64,000 nucleotides of DNA, from NCBI GenBank assembly GCA_021809545.1, contig JAKAYL010000001.1, positions 101,710 to 165,709 of the forward strand. The letters run 5' to 3'. Below, in pieces: positions 9,163 through 18,258 of the stretch (the first letter of the stretch is position 1; each line of letters begins with the position of its first letter). The stretch comes from Thermoplasmata archaeon. Its GTDB lineage: Archaea; Thermoplasmatota; Thermoplasmata; Lutacidiplasmatales; UBA184. The position numbers were made by a program, and so were the translations under genes. The notes below the pieces were generated by a model, which worked only from the letters and a program-made list of their open reading frames with translations, was not told the origin of the DNA and did not search any database.

Positions 9163-9837
9163 TTAGTAGCTCTTGGCCTGGGTCGACCCCTTCGGGTATT
9201 TCTCCCGGAGGTGGGTGAGGAACTTCTCCCGGTCCCGGTTGATGTGGCCGGCGTGCCAGGCGAGGACCACGTCCTTGACGATGCCGTGGAGGTGGGCCAT
9301 GTTGGCCTCGGCCGCGGGAGCGTCATAGAGGACGACCTGCGTGATGATGCGCATCCAACCGGAGTACTTCTGGTAGGTCTCGCCCTCGCACCACTCGAAG
9401 ATCATGCGGAGGTGGGTCTTTCCTTCCTGGGTGGTGTAGTACCACATCCGGAGCGAGTCACCGACCCAGCCAGGGGTGCGGTCCTTGAGCTCCATGGAGT
9501 TGAGGGCCGAGAAATCGTAGCCCTGCTTGAAGCTCCACTTGTCGGGGAAGCTGTCGAAGAGTGCAAAGCTGGTGTGCGGCGGGTCGATGGTCATGTGGAT
9601 CCCGACCTCGTCGAACATGTTGTGGACCTCCCAGAGATCCTGCAGCAGCCGGCGGGTCGTGTCGATCTTGAGCTGCTTGTTCTCATCCACCTTCTCCGTA
9701 GTCTCCCGGCGCAGACGCTCCACCTCGGAGCGGAGAGACGAGAGAAACTCCTCGTCCCCAATGAGCTCCTTGGCCTGAATTGGCTCTCCCGGACCTGTTG
9801 GAGCGGTGTTGTCTCCCCGCTCGGTTCGCTTTGGCAT
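9163..9837 (-). CDS. hypothetical protein (N-terminal coiled-coil, C-terminal globular domain)
   Basis: 224-aa ORF with ATG start. A TTAAAT TATA element at 9873-9878 lies about 38 nt upstream on the minus strand. No recognisable family. Confidence 0.5.
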   Translation of the reverse strand: MPKRTERGDNTAPTGPGEPIQAKELIGDEEFLSSLRSEVERLRRETTEKVDENKQLKIDTTRRLLQDLWEVHNMFDEVGIHMTIDPPHTSFALFDSFPDKWSFKQGYDFSALNSMELKDRTPGWVGDSLRMWYYTTQEGKTHLRMIFEWCEGETYQKYSGWMRIITQVVLYDAPAAEANMAHLHGIVKDVVLAWHAGHINRDREKFLTHLREKYPKGSTQAKSY

Positions 9838-10074
9838 GGATGAAAACCTCAGGGGGGCATTGGTTGGGGAGGTTAAATTACTTGCTCTCGTGTGGAAAGG
9901 AGACGACCGACCACGGAACCCGCGGGGATTGTGCGCTCTGGGAGAATCTCAGGGTTTCCTGTCCCGCGCCGAGAGGCGAGGGTTTTCCGGAGCGATTTCT
10001 CCCCAGGACCTCACGCGGCGGACAACAGAAAACTCTTAAAGGGACCGTGGCTCCCACCCCTGAGGATACCAAGA

Positions 10075-10359
10075 ATGGTAGCAGTAGATATCGCCATCGC
10101 GAAGTGCACTGGATGCGCCCACTGCAGGGACGTTTGTCCCGTGAATGTGTTCGAACTCCGCCCGAGGAACAACCCAGAGTTTTCCCGTGTGGTCGACGAT
10201 CCGGAAGTGGCCGCCAAATTCCAGTTCCGTGGCGAGAAGTCCGTGGTCATCAACGGTCCCGAGTGCATCGTCTGCGAGGCATGCCTCTTCGAGTGCGAAG
10301 GGGAGTGCATCACGATCACCGACGACGAGGGCACCGTCCACCACTCCACCTACAAGTAG
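10075..10359 (+). CDS. 2x[4Fe-4S] ferredoxin
   Basis: Two cysteine clusters, CTGCAHCRDVCP and CIVCEACLFECEGEC. ATG at 10075, in frame in track ORF 9892..10359. Confidence 0.75.
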   Translation: MVAVDIAIAKCTGCAHCRDVCPVNVFELRPRNNPEFSRVVDDPEVAAKFQFRGEKSVVINGPECIVCEACLFECEGECITITDDEGTVHHSTYK

Positions 10360-10468
10360 GACCCTCTCGGGAACTCCGGCCCCGTCCTGAGCGGGGCCAA
10401 CATCTCCCTTGGTCGACGGGGGATGGCCATCGAGGTAAAGAGTCTCTTAGGCTCTCGAGAAACGAACC

Positions 10469-11587
10469 ATGAACGGAGATCGTTGGCGCGAGCGGGCCCG
10501 GGCGATTGCGGAGGAACTCATCGTCCCCGTGGCGAACCGTATCGACCGGGAGCACTCGATCCCCCCCGAGATCGTTCGACGCATGGCCGGGGAGGGACTC
10601 TTCGGCCTCGCGATCCCGAAGGAGTTCGGGGGCTCGGCCGCCAGTGCCCGGGACATCGCCGCGGTGGTCGAGGAGATCTCCTTCGGAAGCCTCTCGGTCG
10701 CTACGGACCTGGCCGTGCACCTGTCGGTCGCTTCCGCTCCGATCGCCCAGTGGGGCACTCCGGAGCAAAAACAGCGCTGGCTCCCCGCGATGGCCCGGGG
10801 GGAGTGGCTCGGAGCGTTCGCCCTCACGGAGCCTGGCGCTGGCTCCGATGCCCAGCATCTGACGACCCGCTACTCATCCTCTCCCGAGGGTTTCCGGATC
10901 GACGGCGCCAAGACCTTCATCACCAACGGGGGACAGGCCCGGGTCGTGCTCGTGTTCGCCACTCGGGATCCTGGTCTCGAAGCGCGCGGCATCAGCTGCT
11001 TCCTCGTGGAGCACGGGACCCCGGGCTTCACCGTCGCCCGGACGCTGGAGAAGCTTGGGCTCATGGGTTCGGAGACCACCGAGCTCCATTTCGAGGATTG
11101 CCGGGTGGATCGCACCTCCCTCCTCGGTCCCGAAGGGCAGGGCTTTCGCATCGCCATGTCCTCCCTGGAGGGCGGGCGGATAGGGATCTCTGCAAGCTCC
11201 CTCGGGGTGGCCCGGGCCGCCCTAAAGGTACTCCGCGAGAGCGTCCGCACCGATTCCGAGGAATGGGCCCGGGCCGCACTCGCCCGCGCCCACGTCGAGG
11301 TCGAGGCGGCGGGTGCCCTGGTGGAACGCGCCGCGACCCAGAAGGATGCGGGCGTGGACTACGGGCTGGCCGCCTCGGCCGCGAAGCTCTTCGCATCCCA
11401 AGCCGCCTTCCGCGTCGCTTCGAAGGCCCTGGAACTGGTCCTGCAGGGGAACGCGGACGAGAATGCACGGGCCACGGCGAAACGGCTCTTCCGAGATTCG
11501 AGGGTCCTCGCCATCGTGGAAGGGGCCACCGAGATCCAAGAGCTCATCCTGGGCCGGAGACTTGCCAGCCCGCCTCGCGCAGATTGA
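10469..11587 (+). CDS. acyl-CoA dehydrogenase
   Basis: 372 aa. The C-terminus IVEGATEIQELILGRRL is typical of the ACAD family. Confidence 0.85.
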   Translation: MNGDRWRERARAIAEELIVPVANRIDREHSIPPEIVRRMAGEGLFGLAIPKEFGGSAASARDIAAVVEEISFGSLSVATDLAVHLSVASAPIAQWGTPEQKQRWLPAMARGEWLGAFALTEPGAGSDAQHLTTRYSSSPEGFRIDGAKTFITNGGQARVVLVFATRDPGLEARGISCFLVEHGTPGFTVARTLEKLGLMGSETTELHFEDCRVDRTSLLGPEGQGFRIAMSSLEGGRIGISASSLGVARAALKVLRESVRTDSEEWARAALARAHVEVEAAGALVERAATQKDAGVDYGLAASAAKLFASQAAFRVASKALELVLQGNADENARATAKRLFRDSRVLAIVEGATEIQELILGRRLASPPRAD

Positions 11588-11605
11588 GGAGGGGAAGGGA
11601 ACTCG

Positions 11606-11926
11606 CTAAGCCAAGCGAGGCCCCGCCGCACGGTAGGCGGCGAGGAGGCGCTCGACCTCGTCGGGGGAGAGGCCCTGCACGGTCACCGTCTTCTCGCGCG
11701 AAGTCTGCCCCCGGGTGACCAGGACAGCGGAGCGGGGGACCTTGAGCGCGTTCGCCAGAAAGGATTCGATGGCCCGGTTCGCCTCCCCCTCCACAGGGGG
11801 AGATCGGACGGAGACCACCCACGTCTTTCTCCACTCGTCCCACTCCAGGGATTCCCGTTTTGCCCCGGGTCGGGCATGCACCGCGATCCGTGCCTCGGGA
11901 GGCTCCTTGACCACCGGCTTGGACAT
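11606..11926 (-). CDS. DUF167 (YggU-like) protein
   Basis: 106 aa. Pattern ...VHARPGAKRESLEW...VSVRSPPVEGEAN...VTVQGL... matches the DUF167 layout. Confidence 0.65.
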   Translation of the reverse strand: MSKPVVKEPPEARIAVHARPGAKRESLEWDEWRKTWVVSVRSPPVEGEANRAIESFLANALKVPRSAVLVTRGQTSREKTVTVQGLSPDEVERLLAAYRAAGPRLA

Positions 11927-11948
11927 CTCAAGGAAAGGTAGTGTCTCC

Positions 11949-11969
11949 GGAAGGATAAGCTATCCTTCC
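11949..11969 (-). promoter_or_regulatory. perfect 9-bp inverted repeat GGAAGGATA-AGC-TATCCTTCC (TATA-containing palindrome) upstream of the DUF167 gene
   Basis: Seen directly. Centered about 35 nt upstream of the start at 11926. Contains the recurring CTTATC promoter motif. Confidence 0.4.
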
Positions 11970-12009
11970 GACAAAGACTCCGATGCTCCCCGCTTCCAGG
12001 AATCTTTCC

Positions 12010-12075
12010 AAAAAAACGAGGGGGAGCAAGGTCGGAGGAATGGGTTAAGGTGGCAGGGGGGGAATCCCTGCCACC
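12010..12075 (-). terminator. GC-rich hairpin (10-bp stem GGTGGCAGGG/CCCTGCCACC, 12049-12075) followed on the minus strand by a T7 run (12010-12016), downstream of the DUF981 gene
   Basis: Perfect inverted repeat plus oligo-T on the transcribed strand, 40-100 nt past the stop. Confidence 0.45.
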
Positions 12076-12111
12076 CTCGGGGAGACTTCTGTTTGTGGTG
12101 ACGGCCTCCTT

Positions 12112-12900
12112 CTAGGGTGCGCCCCCGGGCCCCGACCCGAGGTGTCCTGGCAAAGTGGAGCCAAACAGAAGTAGTGCAGCGATACCCGCCAGCGCCATGA
12201 AGAACGGGAAGGCCAAGACGAGGAGCTGCACGTAGTAGGGCACGCGGCTCAGCACAGGCACCGACTCCTTGGTCTCCGACGCGTCTCCATCAGCCCCCGG
12301 GATGGTGGCAACTCCGCGGGCCCCCATGGCCGACCGGGCCGAGGTCCGGGACCCGACGGTCGCCCCCCAGATGCTCTTGGAGGCGTCGACGGCCCCGAGG
12401 TAGTAGTCCACGATCACGCTCACCGGGAAGGCGGCGACTCCCGCAACCCCGAAGCCCACGTAGAGCAGGAGGGTCTCGAAGGGGTCCTTGGTGAACTGCG
12501 GGTTGGCCGTGTAGCCCACCCAGCCGTAGAAGGCGACCGCCGCACCCGCAACCAGCGCGAAGATCCCCACGTACTGGAAGCGGAGCTGGGCGAAGACCGC
12601 CACGGCATAGGCGATCAGCACCATCGAGAACAGCATGATGGCGTCAAAGAAGAAGATGTTGTACCCGGCCATGTGGTAGGAGGCGGGGAAAGGCCAGGCG
12701 AGCTCTCCCGCCATGCCCAACACAAAGGCTACGCTGCCTACGATCCCGAGCGGCGCCGCGGCCCCCTTGAGGGTGCTGCGCAAGGCCTTGGCATCGTTCT
12801 TCCGGAGGTTCCACCAGCCGACGATCCCGACATAGGTCAGCACCGCGGCGGCCATGACGAGCAAGAGCTCGACGAACGCTAGATCATCAATGAATGCCAT
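12112..12900 (-). CDS. DUF981-like archaeal polytopic membrane protein
   Basis: Multi-TM protein. ATG at complement 12898-12900; the track extends to a GTG at 12909. An SD-like GGGGGTGA lies upstream. Confidence 0.5.
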   Translation of the reverse strand: MAFIDDLAFVELLLVMAAAVLTYVGIVGWWNLRKNDAKALRSTLKGAAAPLGIVGSVAFVLGMAGELAWPFPASYHMAGYNIFFFDAIMLFSMVLIAYAVAVFAQLRFQYVGIFALVAGAAVAFYGWVGYTANPQFTKDPFETLLLYVGFGVAGVAAFPVSVIVDYYLGAVDASKSIWGATVGSRTSARSAMGARGVATIPGADGDASETKESVPVLSRVPYYVQLLVLAFPFFMALAGIAALLLFGSTLPGHLGSGPGGAP

Positions 12901-13108
12901 GTTCGTCACCCCCTACAGGGTTGGCCCCTGCTCATCTCCTTGGAATGTTCGTTCATATGTGTCGTTCCCATCTCTCACGATAGGTTTCATCTTCGTCACC
13001 TCTGACCATCCCAGCCCGGATAGGGGTCTTAAACGCTGGGAAATTTCCAATCGCTTGTTCCAATTTCTTGTAAGGGATGCGCCGGGGTGGCTCCCCCGGA
13101 GATTGGGG

Positions 13109-14101
13109 CTACGGTCCCTTCGATTTCGTTACGAGCGCCGTCAGCGCGGGGAGGATGGTCAGGGCGTCCCCGGCAAGACCATAGTCGGCGACCTTGAAGA
13201 TCGGGGCAGCGGGGTCTTTGTTGATCGCCACGATGCAACGGGAGTTCGTGATCCCCACGAGATGCTGGATGGCGCCGGAGATCCCCGCGGCGATGTAGAG
13301 CTGCGGGGCGATGATCTTCCCGGTCTGCCCGACCTGGTAGGAGGCGGGGCGCCAGCCGGCGTCGACCACGGCCCGGGACGAGCCCACCGCCGCCCCGAGG
13401 ACCTTGGCCAGGTCCTCGACCATAACGAAGTTCTCGGGCCCCTTGAGGCCCCGACCCCCGGAGACCACGATCGCGGCCTCGGTGAGCTCCGGGGTGTCCC
13501 CCCGGGTGCTGACGACCTTCTCGACCGCCACGCCCTGGGCGTGGACGGGAAGGGCCCCCAGCTCGACCTTCTCCACGGGAGGATCCCCTGCCGCGGGCGC
13601 GTCGACGGCAAAGGAATTGGGACGGAGGCTGAGGACGGGAGTTCCCTTGAGTTCCAGGGTCTCGGTGGCCTTGCCGCCGAAGACCTTGCGCTTCACGGTC
13701 ACCTTTCCCGCAGGGTCCGCGTGGATCTCGACCACCGCAGTGGCTGTCCCGGCCCCGAGGAGGGCCCCGAGGCGGGGGGCGAGCTCACGGCCCAGGGCGG
13801 AGTCGGGCAGGAAGATGGCCCATGGCAGGGTGAGCTTGGGGATGAGCCGGGAAACCGCCTGGGCGTAGGCAGAAGCGGAGAACGCCCGCAAATGCTCGTC
13901 GTCCACGACGAGCACGCGGTTGACCCCGCGGGTCTTCGCTTCTTCGATGACCGCGGAGAGCCCCGAGCCGACGAGCGCCGCGACGACCTCGCCACCGCCC
14001 GCTTGGGCGGCGACGCGACGGGCCTCGGAGAGTGCTTCCAGGGAGGCGCCCTTCAGGTGGCCGTCCCGCTGGTCGGTGACCACGAGGATGCTGAGCGTCA
14101 T
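13109..14101 (-). CDS. etfA: electron transfer flavoprotein alpha subunit
   Basis: 330 aa with the EtfA FAD-binding C-terminal region. Its start overlaps the etfB stop (ATGA). Confidence 0.85.
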   Translation of the reverse strand: MTLSILVVTDQRDGHLKGASLEALSEARRVAAQAGGGEVVAALVGSGLSAVIEEAKTRGVNRVLVVDDEHLRAFSASAYAQAVSRLIPKLTLPWAIFLPDSALGRELAPRLGALLGAGTATAVVEIHADPAGKVTVKRKVFGGKATETLELKGTPVLSLRPNSFAVDAPAAGDPPVEKVELGALPVHAQGVAVEKVVSTRGDTPELTEAAIVVSGGRGLKGPENFVMVEDLAKVLGAAVGSSRAVVDAGWRPASYQVGQTGKIIAPQLYIAAGISGAIQHLVGITNSRCIVAINKDPAAPIFKVADYGLAGDALTILPALTALVTKSKGP

Positions 14102-14901
14102 AGTACCTTCGCCTCCTCCTTGAGGACCTTGAGGAGCTTCGTGGCGGCCTCCTCGGGGGTCTGGAACTCGAGCATCTTGGCGCCCGAGCGCGGGGGTGGG
14201 AGCGTGAAGGAGGTGACCGCCGAGGTCGGCTGGAACCCTCCCTTGAGGACGGAGACCTTCGCCTCCAGGTCCTTCACCGGGATCTTCTTCAGGGGCTTCT
14301 TCCGGGCCTTCAGGATGTTCGGGAGCGTAGGGGTACGGGGGTCCTTGGCCCCCTTGAGGATGGAGAGGACCGCCGGGAAGGGGCCGGAGAAGACCTCCTC
14401 GCCCCCTTCCAGGTACCGGCGCATCTTGAGCTGGTGGCTCGCGGCGACGGGCGTGAGCTCGGTCACGAAGGAATAGCTTGGAAGCCCTAGGTACTCCCCT
14501 AGAGCGCTGCCTACCGCGCCCGCCTCGTCGTCCTGGGCGTGGCGCCCCACGAGCACGAGGTCATGGGGAATGTCCGCGGCGGCGGCGGCGAGCAGGCGTG
14601 CCGTGAACAGCGGGTCCAACTCCATGCCCGGCGGGGTCTCGACGAGGACCGCCTCGTCGGCGCCCATCGCGAGGGTGGCCCGCAGGGCCTCCTCGGCCCG
14701 GGCCGGTCCCACGCTCAAAGCCCGAACGGAGGTGAAGCCGAACTCCTCCTTCATGCGGAGGGCCTCCTCGACCATGGCCTCGTCGTAGGTGTTGTTGATC
14801 GTGAATTTGACCCCGTCCGTGTCGAGGGCCTTTCCGGAGGGAGCGACTCGCAGCTTGGTCTCCGGGTCGGGGACCTGCTTGACACACACCAGGACGTCCA
14901 T
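14098..14901 (-). CDS. etfB: electron transfer flavoprotein beta subunit
   Basis: N-terminus MDVLVCVKQVPD is typical of EtfB. Confidence 0.85.
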   Translation of the reverse strand: MDVLVCVKQVPDPETKLRVAPSGKALDTDGVKFTINNTYDEAMVEEALRMKEEFGFTSVRALSVGPARAEEALRATLAMGADEAVLVETPPGMELDPLFTARLLAAAAADIPHDLVLVGRHAQDDEAGAVGSALGEYLGLPSYSFVTELTPVAASHQLKMRRYLEGGEEVFSGPFPAVLSILKGAKDPRTPTLPNILKARKKPLKKIPVKDLEAKVSVLKGGFQPTSAVTSFTLPPPRSGAKMLEFQTPEEAATKLLKVLKEEAKVL

Positions 14902-14911
14902 CGGGAGCCTT

Positions 14912-16063
14912 CTAGGCGAACCGCTTGAGGAGCTCTTTCGCGATCACGAGCCGTTGGATCTCGTTCGAGCCCTCGTAGATCTGGGTCAGTTTCGCATCCC
15001 GCAAGAGCTTCTCCACGGGGTACTCGCGCATGTAGCCGTATCCGCCGAACACCTGGATCGCCTCGTTGGCGACCTCCATAGCGGAATCTGAGGCAAAGCA
15101 CTTGGCGATCGAGCTCTCCATCGGGACCGGTTTCCCTTGGTCCGCAAGCCAGGCGGAGTACCAGACCAACAACCGGGCCGCGGTCACTTTCTGCGCCATA
15201 TCGGCCAGCTTGAGCGCGATGGCTTGATGCTCCCCGATCGGCTTCCCGAAGGAAGAGCGCTGAAGGGAGTACTTGGCCGCGTGGTCCAGGGCGGCCCGGG
15301 CGATCCCCGTGGCCAGGGCCCCGATCGGGGTCCGCGTGGAATCCAGCGTGTTCATGGCGATCTTGAAACCATCCCCTTCCTCTCCCAACCGGTTGGCGAC
15401 CGGGACCCGGGCGTTCTCGAAGGTGATGGAACTGGTCGCCGAGGCGCGGTGTCCCAGCTTGTCCTCATCCTTTCCGACAGTGATGCCCGGGGTGTTCCGG
15501 GGCACGACGATGGCCGTGACCCCCTTGTGGCGACGGGCGGCGTCGACAGTGGCGAAGAGGGTGTAGATCGAGGCGTGGGGGGCGTTCGTGATGAAGACCT
15601 TCTCCCCGTTGATGACGTACTCGTCCCCTTCCCGCTTCAGGGTCGTCTTCATGGAGGCGACATCGCTCCCTCCACTGGGTTCGGTGAGGGCGAAGGAGGC
15701 GAGGTTGTACGATGCGCAGAAAGGCTTCAGCAACCGCTCCTTCTGCTCCTTCGTGGCCGCGAGATTGATGGGCTGGAGTGCGAGGCAGTTGGCTGAGATG
15801 GATGTGGTCATCCCCCCGCAAGCGTAAGCCAGTTCCTCGGTGATGATACACTGGTCGAGCTCGCCCAGACCCGAGCCACCGAACTCCGTCGGTACGTTGA
15901 GGTTCATGAGACCGAGCTCCCAAGCCTTGCGGTAGACGTCCTCGGGGAACTCCCCCAGTTTGTCGGCCTTGGCGGCGCGGGGCGCCATCACGTCCCGTGC
16001 GAAGCGGCGGGCCAGTTCCTGGAGCTCCTTCTGCTCCTGGGTCAGTTCAAAGTCGATCGCCAT
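14912..16063 (-). CDS. acyl-CoA dehydrogenase
   Basis: 383 aa. The ACAD C-terminus ...YEGSNEIQRLVIAKELL is present. Confidence 0.85.
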   Translation of the reverse strand: MAIDFELTQEQKELQELARRFARDVMAPRAAKADKLGEFPEDVYRKAWELGLMNLNVPTEFGGSGLGELDQCIITEELAYACGGMTTSISANCLALQPINLAATKEQKERLLKPFCASYNLASFALTEPSGGSDVASMKTTLKREGDEYVINGEKVFITNAPHASIYTLFATVDAARRHKGVTAIVVPRNTPGITVGKDEDKLGHRASATSSITFENARVPVANRLGEEGDGFKIAMNTLDSTRTPIGALATGIARAALDHAAKYSLQRSSFGKPIGEHQAIALKLADMAQKVTAARLLVWYSAWLADQGKPVPMESSIAKCFASDSAMEVANEAIQVFGGYGYMREYPVEKLLRDAKLTQIYEGSNEIQRLVIAKELLKRFA

Positions 16064-16088
16064 CTCGACCGGGTCCCAACGAGAAAGG

Positions 16089-16098
16089 CTATTTCAAA
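16089..16098 (+). promoter_or_regulatory. TATA-like TATTTCAAAT, 30 nt upstream of the larB ATG
   Basis: AT-rich element in the 43-nt divergent gap between ACAD(-) and larB(+). Confidence 0.4.
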
Positions 16099-16124
16099 TC
16101 TAGTACGTGCCCCTACCCAGATTC

Positions 16125-16937
16125 ATGGGAGACCACCTAGAAGACCTGCTGCACGCGGTGCGCAAAGGGGACGTCAGCGTCGCGGACGCGGCCCGGGCCC
16201 TCTCCGAGGGACACCTCCCGGGAGGGAAGGGAGCACGGATCGACTTCCGCCGGATGGAGCGGACGGGGCTCCCGGAGATCATCCTGGCGGAGGGTAAGGA
16301 CCCGGAGGACCTGCGCAAGATCGTCGAGGAACTCTCGCGCGCCCACCAGGAAGTGATCATCTCCCGCGTGAGCGGGGCGAACCGGCGTCTCCTCGAAAGA
16401 CTCGCTTCCGCAGGAATCCCCCTCACCTTCCCTCCCCGGACCTCCCTGGCCCTGCTCAGGGGACAGACCATGACCCCCCTCCAGGGCCGGGTGGTCGCCG
16501 TCCTCACGGCCGGCACCGCAGACCTGTCGGTAGCCGAGGAAGCCGCGATCGTCCTCTCCTCGCTCGGGGCGGAAGTGGTCCGGGCCTACGACATCGGCGT
16601 CGCGGGGCTCCATCGCCTGACCCGGGCCCTGGCCGACCCTGCGGTTCAGAGGGCCCAGGTCTTCGTGGTCTGCGCAGGCCGCGAAGGGGCTCTCCCTACG
16701 GTCGTGGCCGGGCTCGTCGATCGGCCCATCGTCGCCATTCCCACCTCCGTAGGATATGGTCGGGGGGCCAAGGGGGAAGGGGCCCTCACCGCCATGCTCC
16801 AGTCCTGCGCACCCCTCGCCGTGGTGAACATCGACGGCGGAGTGCCGGCCGCGCTGGTCGCTGCGCAGATACTGCGCCATCTCCCCCCCGCAGGGAAGAA
16901 GCGGCGCGGGCCGACGAAGGCCCGGGCGGGCCGGTAG
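16125..16937 (+). CDS. larB: LarB-like nickel-pincer-cofactor biosynthesis carboxylase (PurE-like)
   Basis: N-terminal ...LLHAVRKGDVSVADAA...RIDFRRMERTGLPEIIL plus a PurE-like C-terminal half. ATG at 16125 lies 30 nt downstream of the TATA-like TATTTCAAAT. The track starts at a GTG at 16107. Confidence 0.65.
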   Translation: MGDHLEDLLHAVRKGDVSVADAARALSEGHLPGGKGARIDFRRMERTGLPEIILAEGKDPEDLRKIVEELSRAHQEVIISRVSGANRRLLERLASAGIPLTFPPRTSLALLRGQTMTPLQGRVVAVLTAGTADLSVAEEAAIVLSSLGAEVVRAYDIGVAGLHRLTRALADPAVQRAQVFVVCAGREGALPTVVAGLVDRPIVAIPTSVGYGRGAKGEGALTAMLQSCAPLAVVNIDGGVPAALVAAQILRHLPPAGKKRRGPTKARAGR

Positions 16938-17034
16938 CCTACCACCTTCCGAAGGACGGGCCCCGGAGGCCCGGAGTGTTACGCTCCAAAAAAACGTCAT
17001 AACCCTTATCTACTGCCGCCTCGTGGTCGGTGCG

Positions 17035-18135
17035 ATGGAGGCCGTCTCAGCGGAGGCCCCTCAGGTTGCCCTGTCCAAAGGGGAAGTCACGGGGGTCATC
17101 CTTCTCTATGTGGCCATCGGGATCTCCACCGCGGTGGCGATCGCCCTCTCGATCACCATCGGGAACGCCTACCCCATCTTGGCCGGGCTCGGGGTCGTCT
17201 CCTTCATCCTGGGGCTCCGGCACGGGTTCGATGCGGACCACATCGCTGCGATCGACAACACCACGCGCAAGCTCCTCAACCAGGGGGAGAAGCCGCTCAC
17301 GGTCGGGACCTGGTTCTCCCTGGGGCACTCCACGATCATCGCGGGCCTCTTGGTGGCCCTCGTGGTCGCCACGGATTTCATCGCGAACAACATCACGAAC
17401 TTCGCCGCCTACGGGGCGGTGATCGGCACGGTCATCTCCGGGGTCTTCCTCTGCATCATCGGCTTCATCAACCTCCTCATCGTCTTCGAACTGTACGGCA
17501 CCTTCCACGGGCTGCGCTCGGGAAAGCTCGACCAGGCCCGCCTGGAGGAGCAGCTCAACCAGCGGGGCTTCATGAACCGGATCTTCGGCGGGCTCTTCCG
17601 CTTCGTGAACAAGCCCTGGCAGATCTACCCCATCGGTATTCTCTTCGGCCTGGGCTTCGACACCGCGACGGAGGTCGCGTTCTTGGCCCTCGGGGTCACG
17701 GCCGCTACCGCGTTCAATCATCCGCCGCTCTGGACCATCATGATCCTCCCGTTCATGTTCACCTGCGGGATGGTCCTCTCCGACACGACGGACGGCGTCT
17801 CGATGCGCTATGCCTACGGGTGGGCGTTCCTCAACCCCATCCGGAAGATCTACTACAACCTCACGATCACGGTCATCTCGGTCCTCGTCGCCTTCCTCAT
17901 CGGGGGGGTGGAGTTCCTGCAGGTGATCTCTAGGGAACTCGGCTGGTCCGGTCCGGTCTGGGCGACCCTGCAGGGGATCTCCTTCACCCGACTGGGCCTC
18001 CTCATCATCGGAGTGTTCCTCGTGGCCTGGATCGTCGCCATGGCCGTGTACCGGCTCAAGGGATACGAGCGCACGGGCTTCGGGGCCGCCCCGTCCGGAC
18101 CCCCCCAGAAAGAGCCGGAACCAACGGTCACCTAG
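17035..18135 (+). CDS. NiCoT-family (HoxN/HupN/NixA) nickel/cobalt permease
   Basis: Signature GLRHGFDADHIAAIDNTTRKL with eight TM helices. ATG at 17035; the track has a GTG at 17023. Confidence 0.85.
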   Translation: MEAVSAEAPQVALSKGEVTGVILLYVAIGISTAVAIALSITIGNAYPILAGLGVVSFILGLRHGFDADHIAAIDNTTRKLLNQGEKPLTVGTWFSLGHSTIIAGLLVALVVATDFIANNITNFAAYGAVIGTVISGVFLCIIGFINLLIVFELYGTFHGLRSGKLDQARLEEQLNQRGFMNRIFGGLFRFVNKPWQIYPIGILFGLGFDTATEVAFLALGVTAATAFNHPPLWTIMILPFMFTCGMVLSDTTDGVSMRYAYGWAFLNPIRKIYYNLTITVISVLVAFLIGGVEFLQVISRELGWSGPVWATLQGISFTRLGLLIIGVFLVAWIVAMAVYRLKGYERTGFGAAPSGPPQKEPEPTVT

Positions 18136-18258
18136 AGCGTTCCGTCCCTTTTTCGGGAACCCCACGGCCTCGCCGGATCCTTTTCGCTGACGAGGGGAAA
18201 CGGCGTCCGCTCGGGTGGGCATCGATGCGCGTTCCTGACGTTCTGCTCTGTTCGTGCC

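Noticed and set aside
10141-10160. tRNA-like GTTCGAACTCC T-loop resemblance
   Set aside because: It lies inside the ferredoxin CDS. No acceptor or anticodon arms can be built. No convincing tRNA was found in any intergenic gap by eye.
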